A stretch of DNA of 62,612 bases, counting the filler, from Candidatus Woesearchaeota archaeon CG1_02_57_44 (lineage in GTDB: Archaea; Nanobdellota; Nanobdellia; Woesearchaeales; CG1-02-57-44), in NCBI GenBank assembly GCA_001871415.1. It is 5 parts of 5 records of this genome, joined end to end, with 100 filler letters (N's around TTAATTAATTAA, not from the genome) between each part and the next. Parts side by side here need not be neighbours in the genome. Positions count along the whole stretch, not along the records: positions 1 to 11,671 come from MNWW01000015.1; positions 11,772 to 23,051 come from MNWW01000039.1; 3 more parts are not named here. The stretch is one strand, 5' to 3'. Of this stretch, positions 9,283 through 18,498 are shown piece by piece. The notes beneath the pieces were generated by a model. The model was not told the origin of the DNA and ran no database searches. It was given only the letters and a program-made list of their open reading frames with translations. The stretch's first letter is position 1. Each line of letters begins with the position of its first letter. Position numbers and translations under genes: made by a program.

Positions 9283-11121
9283 ATGCTGACGACAGAAGCC
9301 AAGGCGAAGATAAGCACACTGAACAATCCGAGGGTCACGAAGATTGTCGAGCAGTATGTGGCGCTCTGCAAGCCAGCGAAAGTGACCGTGCTGACCGGGA
9401 CCAAGGAGGACCTGCAGTATGTCCGTGAGCTCGCTATCAGGAACCGCGAGGAGCATAAGCTCGCCATGAACGGTCATACCATCCACTGGGATGGCTACAA
9501 CGACCAGGGCCGTGACAAGGAGAACACGCGTGTGCTCCTGCCCAAGGGCAAGTCGCTCTCCAAGGAGATTAACACCATGGACCGCGACGAGGGCATCGCT
9601 GAGATGATGCGGATGCTCGATGGTGTCATGGCCGGCAAGGAGATGCTGGTATCATTCTACTGCCTGGGTCCGAACAAGAGCAGGTTTTCGCTTGCGGCGC
9701 TGCAGATGACGGATTCTGCCTATGTCACGCACAGCGAGAACATCCTCTATCGCCAGGGCTATGAGCAGTTCAGGACCTGTGGTGATGATTTCTTCTACTT
9801 CGTCCATAGCGCGGGTGCGCTGGACGAGCGCGGCTGCAGCAAGGACATCAAGTCCCGCCGTGTCTACATCGACCTGGAGGGCAATCGTGTCTACACCATC
9901 AACAACCAGTACGCGGGCAACAGCATGGGGCTCAAGAAGCTCGCGCTGCGCCTGGCGATCAACAAGGCCAATGGTGAGGACTGGCTGACCGAGCATATGT
10001 TCATCATGGGCATCCATCCGCCGGGAAAGAAGCGTGTCACCTACTTTACAGGAGCGTTTCCGAGCGCGTGCGGAAAGACCAGCACAGCCATGGTCCCGGG
10101 CAATACGATTATCGGCGATGACATCGCCTACCTGCGCGCCTGGGAGGACGGCACCTGTCACGCGGTCAATATCGAGCAGGGCATCTTCGGCATCATCGCC
10201 GACGTCAACGCTAAGGACGACCCGTTGATCCACAAGTGCCTGACCTCGCCGCGCGAGCTGATATTCTCCAATGTGCTCGAGAAGGATGGCAAGCCCTACT
10301 GGCTAGGCATGGGTGAAGCGGCTCCTGGTGAAGGCAACAATCACAGCGGCAAATGGAAAGTGGGCAACACTGATACCGTGGGAAAAGAGATACCCCTGGC
10401 GCACAAGAACTCGCGCTTCACGCTCAACATCAACGAGCTGGACAACGCGGACCCGAACCTGGACAATCCTGATGGCGTGCGGATAGACGGTTTCATCTAT
10501 GGCGGCAGGGATTCTGACACGAACGTGCCGGTCTGCCAGGCATTGAGCTACACCCACGGCGTGTTCATGGGCGCGGTCATCGAGTCAGAGACCACTGCCG
10601 CGACATTGGGCAAGGTTGGCGTGCTGGCGATAAGCCCCATGGCGAACATGGACTTCCTGGTCGTGCCGCTGGGCACCTACATCAGGAATCATCTCGCCTT
10701 CGGCGAGCGCCTGGACCGGCAGCCGAAAGTATTCACGACCAACTACTTCCAGAAGGACAAGGACGGAAAGTTCCTGACCGACAAGACCGACAAGAAGGTC
10801 TGGCTGCTCTGGATGGAAGGCAGGGTGCACGGTGACTATCAGGCCATCGAGACGCCGGTCGGGCGCATCCCGCTGTATGAGGACATCAAGGCGCTCTTTA
10901 AGGCGACCTTCGAGAAGGACTTCAGCAAGGCGCTCTATGAGGAGCTCTTCAGCATCCGCGTGGACAATCATCTCAGGAAGCTCGACCGCATCGAGAAGAT
11001 ATACCAGGAAGAGCAGGTTCCGCTGGAGTTCGCCAAGCACATCTTCCAGCAGCGCGAGCGCTTGCTGGCCGCTCAGAAGAAGTTCGGCAAGGATGTCATA
11101 GCGCCCTTGGAGTTCGCGTAG
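9283..11121 (+). CDS. pckG: phosphoenolpyruvate carboxykinase (GTP)
   Basis: FPSACGKTS P-loop, GDDIA, YAGN..GLKKLALR, WLTEHM, NSRFT; GAGGT SD. Confidence 0.95.
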   Translation: MLTTEAKAKISTLNNPRVTKIVEQYVALCKPAKVTVLTGTKEDLQYVRELAIRNREEHKLAMNGHTIHWDGYNDQGRDKENTRVLLPKGKSLSKEINTMDRDEGIAEMMRMLDGVMAGKEMLVSFYCLGPNKSRFSLAALQMTDSAYVTHSENILYRQGYEQFRTCGDDFFYFVHSAGALDERGCSKDIKSRRVYIDLEGNRVYTINNQYAGNSMGLKKLALRLAINKANGEDWLTEHMFIMGIHPPGKKRVTYFTGAFPSACGKTSTAMVPGNTIIGDDIAYLRAWEDGTCHAVNIEQGIFGIIADVNAKDDPLIHKCLTSPRELIFSNVLEKDGKPYWLGMGEAAPGEGNNHSGKWKVGNTDTVGKEIPLAHKNSRFTLNINELDNADPNLDNPDGVRIDGFIYGGRDSDTNVPVCQALSYTHGVFMGAVIESETTAATLGKVGVLAISPMANMDFLVVPLGTYIRNHLAFGERLDRQPKVFTTNYFQKDKDGKFLTDKTDKKVWLLWMEGRVHGDYQAIETPVGRIPLYEDIKALFKATFEKDFSKALYEELFSIRVDNHLRKLDRIEKIYQEEQVPLEFAKHIFQQRERLLAAQKKFGKDVIAPLEFA

Positions 11122-11251
11122 ACAGGATGTCCCCCAATTTTTTTGCTCTTTGCTGCGGATAGAGTCATCTCCGGAGAGAGTCCTCTCTGATGGCTCAAAT
11201 CCATGGCATCGTATCGCTAATTTTTTATGATGCTGCTACTTTCCTCCGAGT

Positions 11252-11671
11252 ATGGGTGATGCGCTGCTGCCCTCCTATTCCATCCACCACTGCTCAGGCG
11301 CGCTGCTCCACTACCATGGACAGGCGCTCCTGGTGCAGAACCATAAGTGGGACGGATGGATTGTGCCGGGTGGTCACATCGAGCCCGGCGAATCGCCGCT
11401 GGACGCGCTGGTGCGCGAGCTGGATGAAGAGCTGCCAGGTCTGCGCATGACACCTGGTTCCATACGCTTCTGGGGCATCAAGACCAAGCCGCCAAGCGAG
11501 GACTACCGCGACAGCAATGCGATGTTCCTGTTCTATGACTTCGCGGCAAGGATAGCGGACCTTGGTTTCACGCACAGTCCTGAGCTGCGTGGCTACGCGC
11601 TTTTTTCCGCCGAGCAGACACGAGGATTGCGCATGCCGGACGGCGCAGAGCAGATGGTGCGAAGGGCAATC
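11252..11671 (+). CDS. Nudix hydrolase, 3' end truncated by gap
   Basis: Nudix box PGGHIEPGESPLDALVRELDEE. Confidence 0.85.
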
Positions 11672-11771
11672 NNNNNNNNNNNNNNNNNNNNNNNNNNNNN
11701 NNNNNNNNNNNNNNNTTAATTAATTAANNNNNNNNNNNNNNNNNNNNNNNNNNNNNNNNNNNNNNNNNNNN
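11672..11771. other. artificial contig linker
   Basis: N run + TTAATTAATTAA + N run, 100 nt, identical at four places. Confidence 0.98.
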
Positions 11772-11864
11772 TGCTGCCATTGCATGATCAAGGGGAAATA
11801 CACCTGCATCGACGGACCTGTATTCCGCTATGATGAGATCAAGGGGACTGACCATGACCAGTAA
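11772..11864 (+). CDS. C-terminal fragment of hydrogenase FAD/NAD(P)-binding (gamma) subunit
   Basis: Manual translation CCHCMIKGKYTCIDGPVFRYDEIKGTDHDQ*; CxDGPVF 2Fe-2S tail; overlaps the small-subunit start; absent from the ORF track. Confidence 0.85.
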   Translation, partial: CCHCMIKGKYTCIDGPVFRYDEIKGTDHDQ

Positions 11865-12738
11865 GCGCGCCAAGAAGGTGAAGGAAGCATCCAGCAAGGC
11901 GCAGGCTGTCGCGTCATTCTCACAGGATGCCAAGGCAGCGATGGCTTCCGCCAAGATGGATACTGCTCCTGCCAAACCGAAAGTCGGATTCTATGGCATC
12001 ACCGGCTGCGCCGGCTGCCTGCTCAGCTTCATCTTCAATGAGGACGAGATTCTCGACCTGGTCAATGCTGTTGACCTCAAAGCATTCCCGTTCATCAAGG
12101 AGGTCAATCCTGATGAGCAGTTCGACTTCATCTTCCTTGAAGGACTGGTAGCGGACGCTGAGGACCTGGAGGTCGCAAAGAAGCTTCGCGCCAATGCCAA
12201 GGTGCTCGTCGCGCTCGGAGCCTGCGCCTGCACAGGATGCGTCCCCGCATACAGGCAATTCTCACTCAAGGAGAACTATGAGCATCTGCTCTACAGGAAA
12301 GAAGCGCACCTTCAGGATGTCAAGCCGACCCCGGTCGATGAGCACATCAAGGTCGATTTCTACATCCCCGGATGCCCCCCGGACAAGCAGCAGATCATCA
12401 ACTTCATCAAGCAGGCGCTCCTGGGCAAGGCCCCTCCCGCGTATACCAGCCCGGTGTGCGTAGAGTGCCGACGCAATGGCAATGCCTGCCTGCTCGACCA
12501 GGGAAAGCCGTGCCTTGGACCCATCACGGTCGGCGGCTGCCACGCGGTGTGCATCAATGGCGGCATGGAATGCTGGGGCTGCAGAGGTCCGACAACGGAC
12601 ATGAATCTGGGGCTCATGATAAAGATACTGCGGGAAAAGGGCTTTGATGATAAGTTCATCCAGGACAGGATGCGAACCTTCGTCGGCCTGAAGCTTCCCA
12701 TGCTGGAGCGTGTGATCCATGGCGAACATAACACTTAA
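11854..12738 (+). CDS. [NiFe] hydrogenase small subunit (group 3b-type delta)
   Basis: GCAGC, LEG, GACA, PGCPP, VCVEC, CLGP, CWGCRGP. Confidence 0.92.
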   Translation: MTSKRAKKVKEASSKAQAVASFSQDAKAAMASAKMDTAPAKPKVGFYGITGCAGCLLSFIFNEDEILDLVNAVDLKAFPFIKEVNPDEQFDFIFLEGLVADAEDLEVAKKLRANAKVLVALGACACTGCVPAYRQFSLKENYEHLLYRKEAHLQDVKPTPVDEHIKVDFYIPGCPPDKQQIINFIKQALLGKAPPAYTSPVCVECRRNGNACLLDQGKPCLGPITVGGCHAVCINGGMECWGCRGPTTDMNLGLMIKILREKGFDDKFIQDRMRTFVGLKLPMLERVIHGEHNT

Positions 12739-13984
12739 CCACATAACCAAGATAGAGGGCCACGCTAAGCTCAATCTTGGCATCGACAAGGGCAAGGTCA
12801 CGGTCTGCGAGCTCTCCGCGACAGAGGGCAGCCGCTATTTCGAAGGCCTGGTCAAGGGCAGGCAGTACTTCGAAGCGACAGAGATGACCAGCCGCATCTG
12901 CGGCATCTGCTCGTGCGGCCATGTCATCGCCAGCATCAGCGCCATTGAGCGCGCCATCGGATTCTCCCCCAGTCTAGGAACCATGCAGTTACGACGTCTG
13001 CTCACGCTGGGCGAGCGCATCAGAAGCCACGCCACGCACCTGTATTTCCTCGCGCTGCCTGACTACCTTGGCTATGAATCAGCGCTGGCCATGGCCGGCG
13101 AGTTCAAGAAAGAGCTCAAGATAGCGCTTGGCATGATGAAAGTGGGCAATCATGTGGTCTCTGCCATCGGCGGCAGGGACCTTCATCCGGTCAGCGCGCA
13201 GGTCGGCGGATGGCTCAAATGGCCGTCCAAGGAGCAGCTGCAGGAATTGGCGGCAGAGCTGCAGGGAGTCATGAGGAGCGCCCAAGCGACGGTCAAGCTG
13301 TTCGCTTCGCTCAAGCAGCAGCCCTTCTCCACGGACGGGAACTGGTATTCACTGCATGACGACATCTACGCGATGCTTGATGGCAGCTTCCTTTCGCCCA
13401 CGAGCACCTTTGAGCAGCACGACTACCATGCGTTCATCAAAGAGCATCATGAGCCATACAGCACGGCCAATTTCGTGGTCAAGGATGGCAAACGCTACTT
13501 CGTGAGCAGCCTGGCGAGACTCAACAACAACGCGGACCAGCTACTGCCAAAAGCGAAATTGGCACTCAAGCAATCAGGGCTGAAGCTTCCCAGCGTCAAT
13601 CCCTTTGATAACAACCTCGCTCAGGCAATCGAGCTTGTGCAGGCCATCGAGCACGCCATAGCCATCTGTCAGATGCATCTTCCTGCGGAGGAGTACACCC
13701 GGCCCGCGCCAAGGGCGGGCAATGGCATCGCTGCCATCGAAGTGCCGCGCGGCACGCTGTGGCATGAGTACACGGTCGCTGATGATGGCACTATCACCTT
13801 CGCCAATATCGTCACACCAACGGCGCAGAACCTCTATAACATGCAGGAGGATGTGCGAAAGCTCGTTCCCCAGCTGCTCAAGCTGCCCAAGGAGACAATC
13901 ATCATCGAGATAGAGAAGCTCATCCGCGCGTATGATCCCTGCTTCTCCTGCTCAGCCCACTTCCTGGAAGTAAACTGGGTGTGA
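12719..13984 (+). CDS. [NiFe] hydrogenase large subunit (group 3b-type alpha)
   Basis: KIEGH, L1 motif RICGIC, EVPRG, L2 motif DPCFSCSAH followed by a short cleavable tail FLEVNWV. Confidence 0.95.
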   Translation: MANITLNHITKIEGHAKLNLGIDKGKVTVCELSATEGSRYFEGLVKGRQYFEATEMTSRICGICSCGHVIASISAIERAIGFSPSLGTMQLRRLLTLGERIRSHATHLYFLALPDYLGYESALAMAGEFKKELKIALGMMKVGNHVVSAIGGRDLHPVSAQVGGWLKWPSKEQLQELAAELQGVMRSAQATVKLFASLKQQPFSTDGNWYSLHDDIYAMLDGSFLSPTSTFEQHDYHAFIKEHHEPYSTANFVVKDGKRYFVSSLARLNNNADQLLPKAKLALKQSGLKLPSVNPFDNNLAQAIELVQAIEHAIAICQMHLPAEEYTRPAPRAGNGIAAIEVPRGTLWHEYTVADDGTITFANIVTPTAQNLYNMQEDVRKLVPQLLKLPKETIIIEIEKLIRAYDPCFSCSAHFLEVNWV

Positions 13985-13990
13985 GGCAAC

Positions 13991-14452
13991 ATGGGGGATC
14001 AAGCGTCAAGGCCTGGCGCGCGGACAGGGCAGATGAGGGTTGACGCATCAAGCGGTGATGGGCTCAGAGCGCGTCATCTCCCGACCGTCTACGTATTCGG
14101 CAATGAATATCTCGCCATGGACTCATTCGCGCACGATATCGCGGCGCTGCTGCGGGATTCCGCCTCATTCGTCCACCTGGCGAGCCCTGACGGCCTGCTT
14201 GACGCGCCAGAAGGGACCTTGACCATACTGGACGTGGTCGCAGGCATCAATGAACCCCTGCTCATCACGGACATCGCCCAGCTGAAAGCAAGGAACATCA
14301 TGACCATGCACGACTTTGACGTTGGCTACTTCCTGAACCTGCTCGCGGCACTGGGCATGGCAAAAGACATAAGAATCATCGGCATCCCACAACACGGTGA
14401 TGCCGCGGCAATCGCGGAAAAGGTGAGACCATGGATAAAGGAATCAGACTGA
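13991..14452 (+). CDS. divergent hydrogenase maturation protease-like protein
   Basis: VYVFGNxxxxxD, TILD, MHD and IIGIP resemble the HybD/HycI pattern; lies directly after the large subunit; start uncertain. Confidence 0.7.
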   Translation: MGDQASRPGARTGQMRVDASSGDGLRARHLPTVYVFGNEYLAMDSFAHDIAALLRDSASFVHLASPDGLLDAPEGTLTILDVVAGINEPLLITDIAQLKARNIMTMHDFDVGYFLNLLAALGMAKDIRIIGIPQHGDAAAIAEKVRPWIKESD

Positions 14453-15321
14453 TACTCTTCACAGCGCTCGTCTCAGGATTCTCGATCTTCCTGAACAGCT
14501 GGGCCGTCAAGGGCTTTGACAGCAGTGTGTTCACGTTCAGCAAGAACCTGCTCGTCGCACTCCTGCTATCAGCGGTCCTGCTGGGCATCGGCATGCGCGA
14601 TCAGCTCATGCGGCTCAAGGCAGGACAGTGGAGGCAGCTCATGCTCATCGGCCTTGTCGGCGGCTCCATACCCTTCCTGCTCTTCTTCAAAGGCCTGCAG
14701 ATGACGACAGGCAGCACCGCAGGCTTCATCCACAAGACCTTATTCCTCTTTGCCACCCTATTCGCGGTGCTGTTCCTGCGTGAGCGCTGGGACTGGCGCC
14801 TTGGCACGGGCATGGCATTGCTGCTTGGAGGCACGTACCTGTTCATCAGGCCTGACTTCGCGTGGTCAGCTGGCCACTGGCTCGTCCTGGCAGCGACGCT
14901 GCTCTGGGCAGCGGAGAACGCCATCGCCAAGCGCACGCTGCAGAGCATGCCCGGAACCATCGTCGCCTGGGGACGCATGAGCTTTGGCGTACTGTTCATG
15001 CTGCCATTCCTGACTGCCAGCGGCAAGATAGGGCTCATCACCGCCATGAGCAGCGCCCAGTGGGCGTGGATAGGCATCACCTCAGCACTGCTGTTCCTGT
15101 ACGTCTTCAGCTTCTATAACGGCCTTGCCTCGGTCCGACTCAGCACCGCGACGGCCATACTGACCCTTGGCGCGCCCATCACTGCGCTGCTGCAGGCCGC
15201 GTACTTTGGCACAGCCATAGCTCCCTCGCAGGCGCTTGGCATGCTGCTGCTGCTCGCTGGCGTTATGCTGGTCGCTTGGCTGCCCATGGTACGGCTTGAT
15301 ACAGCTGAATGGTCTGCATGA
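14431..15321 (+). CDS. DMT/EamA-family transporter
   Basis: About ten hydrophobic helices in two EamA-like repeats. Confidence 0.85.
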   Translation: MDKGIRLILFTALVSGFSIFLNSWAVKGFDSSVFTFSKNLLVALLLSAVLLGIGMRDQLMRLKAGQWRQLMLIGLVGGSIPFLLFFKGLQMTTGSTAGFIHKTLFLFATLFAVLFLRERWDWRLGTGMALLLGGTYLFIRPDFAWSAGHWLVLAATLLWAAENAIAKRTLQSMPGTIVAWGRMSFGVLFMLPFLTASGKIGLITAMSSAQWAWIGITSALLFLYVFSFYNGLASVRLSTATAILTLGAPITALLQAAYFGTAIAPSQALGMLLLLAGVMLVAWLPMVRLDTAEWSA

Positions 15322-16100
15322 GCCATATGGCAGGAACACAAGATTCCGGCAGGATGGATGGTGAAGAGCTTGCGCTGCGCTTCTCCTACATCACCAATAC
15401 CCTGCGGTTCTGCGGCCCTGTGGAGGCGCAGGATGCCTTCCTGCGCTATCTTTCCAAGAAGGACAATGCCCCGGAGGTCAAGGCAGCAGTCCATCGCTTC
15501 GAAGGCCTCTATCCGTACCTGCATGCGATAGCGGAGAAAGCTGTCAGAACGCTTCTGGACCATGACGTGACAGAGGCATACTGGCTGGGCAATAGTCTGC
15601 TGGACGGATTCAACAAGCAAGATATGGCGGCCATCATCGAGCATCTGGCCAGGCGCGGGCTGCCGCTGTCGCTGGCCGAGAAGCTCATCGCAGATCTGCC
15701 TGAAGGATTCGTCCCGCACCATGATTTCAATGTCCTCTACGTCGGCGTAGGCAATACCACGGGCAGTGTCCCCAGCACGCTGCAGAACATGGAGAACTGC
15801 AGGATATCATGGGGCAGGGTCGTGGATGTGCTCAAGAACATTGTGCTGGTGCGCGCGCGACCCTTGATCGAACATGAGGGCCTGCTGGCACTGGGCACTG
15901 AAGAGACGAGGACCGCGATCTACCTGGACGCCATGCTCCCTGACGTGGCTGTCGGTGATATTGTTGCCCTGCACTGGGGCATGGCCTGCATGAAGCTGGA
16001 TGAGCGGCAGTTGAAGAATCTGAGCCATTATGCCGGGAAGGTCCTGGATACCGTCAATGCGCTGCGCGCCAAACCATGCCCAACAGACGCGACTGTGTGA
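15318..16100 (+). CDS. DUF6390-like protein with HypC-like C-terminus
   Basis: N.L.FCGP, EAYWLGN, PHH, CRISWG and GDIVALHWGMAC motifs recalled for DUF6390; ATGA overlap with the DMT gene. Confidence 0.8.
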   Translation: MSHMAGTQDSGRMDGEELALRFSYITNTLRFCGPVEAQDAFLRYLSKKDNAPEVKAAVHRFEGLYPYLHAIAEKAVRTLLDHDVTEAYWLGNSLLDGFNKQDMAAIIEHLARRGLPLSLAEKLIADLPEGFVPHHDFNVLYVGVGNTTGSVPSTLQNMENCRISWGRVVDVLKNIVLVRARPLIEHEGLLALGTEETRTAIYLDAMLPDVAVGDIVALHWGMACMKLDERQLKNLSHYAGKVLDTVNALRAKPCPTDATV

Positions 16101-16118
16101 TAGAATCCATCAGGATGC

Positions 16119-16331
16119 TCATTCGCCGATAGCCTGCTGATACAGGCGCAATGACTCCTCGGCCTCGTCCTTTCGCACTTTCAGGGCGACAATGCCCCCT
16201 TGCACAACACAGTAGTCGCCGGGCCTGAAATCGCCCTCCAGAATCCTCGCCACGCGCTGCTCCCTGCCATAGTCGACGGTCGCCAGATCCTTGTCAATTC
16301 TCGCTATCCTCCCTGGCACAGCGAGACACAT
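16119..16331 (-). CDS. hypC: hydrogenase maturation chaperone HypC
   Basis: MCLAVPG N-terminus; second ATG chosen so Cys is residue 2; TGATG overlap with hypA. Confidence 0.9.
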   Translation of the reverse strand: MCLAVPGRIARIDKDLATVDYGREQRVARILEGDFRPGDYCVVQGGIVALKVRKDEAEESLRLYQQAIGE

Positions 16332-16663
16332 CATTCATCACCATCCTTGACATCCACACTCTTGATGACGATATCCGTGCCATCGGTCAGCTCAGGCACT
16401 GCTCCGCAGGGAGGGCATTCTATCAAGAAGTGGTCGTGCCCCCTGTCCAGGATGCGCGGGGGTCCGCGATAACCGCATCGGCACTTGCATTGGGCCGGCT
16501 TCTCTGTCCAGGAGACTTTCCAGTCCACTATCCGGGTCAGGGTGTCCACGATATCCTGGCCCGGCACATGGGCCAGCTCGCCTATCTCCAGGTGAACCTC
16601 CTTAATCGCCCCGTGGTGCGATGCCTCGCTGATTATCTTATTGACAAAGGCCATCTCGTGCAT
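16331..16663 (-). CDS. hypA: hydrogenase nickel metallochaperone HypA
   Basis: MHE nickel-binding start, IGEL, CxCG and CPxCG zinc motifs. Confidence 0.9.
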   Translation of the reverse strand: MHEMAFVNKIISEASHHGAIKEVHLEIGELAHVPGQDIVDTLTRIVDWKVSWTEKPAQCKCRCGYRGPPRILDRGHDHFLIECPPCGAVPELTDGTDIVIKSVDVKDGDE

Positions 16664-16773
16664 GGCTGAAATGGGATGGTCTGTTGTTCTTAATGGTTGC
16701 GGCACACAAGCTACCCGGTACGACCTTTTGCGACCGAAATATTATTGAACTTGCGCAATTCCAAAATTGCCCT

Positions 16774-16959
16774 ATGGCAGGGATACTGACAAGACACGTC
16801 TGGGTGCTGCACGCCGGAGCGCGGCTCATGGGCGTGTACACGCGGCATGATCTGGCAGTGGAAGGGCAGAAAAGAGCGCTCAAGGAGCATAAATACCATT
16901 GCAAGATCGTCGAAGTGCCGGTCAATGAGCTGCGCGAGCACACCAGCCTGATAACGTGA
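16774..16959 (+). CDS. small hypothetical protein (61 aa)
   Basis: ATG-started ORF with genome-like codon usage filling the hypA-lpdA gap. Confidence 0.55.
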   Translation: MAGILTRHVWVLHAGARLMGVYTRHDLAVEGQKRALKEHKYHCKIVEVPVNELREHTSLIT

Positions 16960-17013
16960 CAACTGGCCTTGGTCAGAACGACGTCGCTGGACAGCGTGAA
17001 TCAGCCATGAGCT

Positions 17014-18465
17014 TCACTTCCTGCCTGCGGAATCAGCCTGCCCGGCGTCCTTCTTCGGCTGGTAGATATGGATGCTCTCGCCAAGCACTGCCTCTGCTGC
17101 TTCCATCAGGCTCTCGCTGAGCGTCGGATGCGGATGGATAGTCAGGGCGATATCCTCGGCTGTCGCGCCAAGCTCGATAGCCAATGCTGCCTCGCTGATG
17201 ATATCCGACATGCCCGGGCCAACGCCGTGCACGCCAAGCACCAGACCTTTCTCGTCAGTCACGAACTTCACGAAACCGTCGGTCTGATTCAGGGTCATGG
17301 CCCTGCCTAGTGCTGAGAACGGGAACCTGCCTGTCTTGATGGCGATGCCTTTCTGCTTGGCCTCTGCCTCGGTCATGCCCACGGAGGCGATCTCCGGGTC
17401 GTTGAACACCACAAACGGGATGACCTTGTTGTCAAAGGCGCTCGGCCGGCCCGCGATGACCTCAGCAGCTATCTTTCCCTCACGGCTCGCCTTGTGCGCC
17501 AGCATGGGCTGGCCCACGCAGTCGCCGATGGCGAAGATATGCGGGTCCGTGGTGCGCATCTGGTTGTCGACCCTGATGAATCCTTTGTCGAGCGTGACCT
17601 TCGTCTTCTCCAGGCCCAGTGACGCGGTGTTTGGCCTTCTGCCAACGACCACCAGCACCTTGTCGGCATCTATCTTCTGCTCCTTGCCATCCTGCAGGAT
17701 AGTGACCACTGCCCTTCCGCCCTTCTCCTCAAGACCTTTGGCAGCAGACTTCAGATGGGTCGTCACGTTGAACTTCGCCAATCGCCTTGCCACGACCTGC
17801 ACTATCTCCGGGTCCAGGGTCGGGATGAGCCTTTCAGCCATCTCCACGATATGCACCTCTGAGCCCAGCTTGCCATAGACCGTCCCCATCTCTGTGCCGA
17901 TGTAGCCCCCGCCGATGATGACCAGCTTCTGTGGCACCTCGGTGAGAGCCAGCGCGTCGCGGCTGGACATGACGAGCGGATGGCTGAAGGGGAAACCCGG
18001 TATCTCCACAGGCAATGAGCCGGTGGCGATGATAGCGTGCTTGAAATTCACGGCCGTCACATCGCTCTGCCCGCCGATGTGCATCATGGTGCTGCTCGTG
18101 AAGCCCGCGATGCCATTGATGACCTCGATGCCGTGCTTCTGGCAGAGCGAGCTGATGCCATCACCCAAGCGCTGCAGGATGGAGTCCTTCCATGCCTTCA
18201 TCCCCGCATGATCAATGGCATAGTCCTTGACATGGATGCCCATGGCGTCAAGCTCCTTGAGCGTGGAGAAGAAATTGCTCGCATGGATCAATGCCTTTGT
18301 GGGGATGCACCCATGGTTCAGGCAGATGCCGCCCAGACGCTTGTCCTGGTCGATGAGCGTGACGTCAAAGCCCAACTGCGCCGCGCGGATAGCAGCCACG
18401 TAGCCGCCGGGACCAGCGCCTATCACGACCACGTCCGTGTCTACGGTCAATGCGCCGACGACCAT
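17014..18465 (-). CDS. lpdA: dihydrolipoyl dehydrogenase (E3)
   Basis: [20 protein letters not shown] disulfide, [14 protein letters not shown]. Confidence 0.96.
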   Translation of the reverse strand: MVVGALTVDTDVVVIGAGPGGYVAAIRAAQLGFDVTLIDQDKRLGGICLNHGCIPTKALIHASNFFSTLKELDAMGIHVKDYAIDHAGMKAWKDSILQRLGDGISSLCQKHGIEVINGIAGFTSSTMMHIGGQSDVTAVNFKHAIIATGSLPVEIPGFPFSHPLVMSSRDALALTEVPQKLVIIGGGYIGTEMGTVYGKLGSEVHIVEMAERLIPTLDPEIVQVVARRLAKFNVTTHLKSAAKGLEEKGGRAVVTILQDGKEQKIDADKVLVVVGRRPNTASLGLEKTKVTLDKGFIRVDNQMRTTDPHIFAIGDCVGQPMLAHKASREGKIAAEVIAGRPSAFDNKVIPFVVFNDPEIASVGMTEAEAKQKGIAIKTGRFPFSALGRAMTLNQTDGFVKFVTDEKGLVLGVHGVGPGMSDIISEAALAIELGATAEDIALTIHPHPTLSESLMEAAEAVLGESIHIYQPKKDAGQADSAGRK

Positions 18466-18498
18466 TCAGCGCGCCACCCCTTCGTCCAGCATCCCCAT

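Noticed and set aside
11672..11771. TTAATTAATTAA within N runs, four times
   Set aside because: Six-frame stop linker added during contig concatenation; not biological
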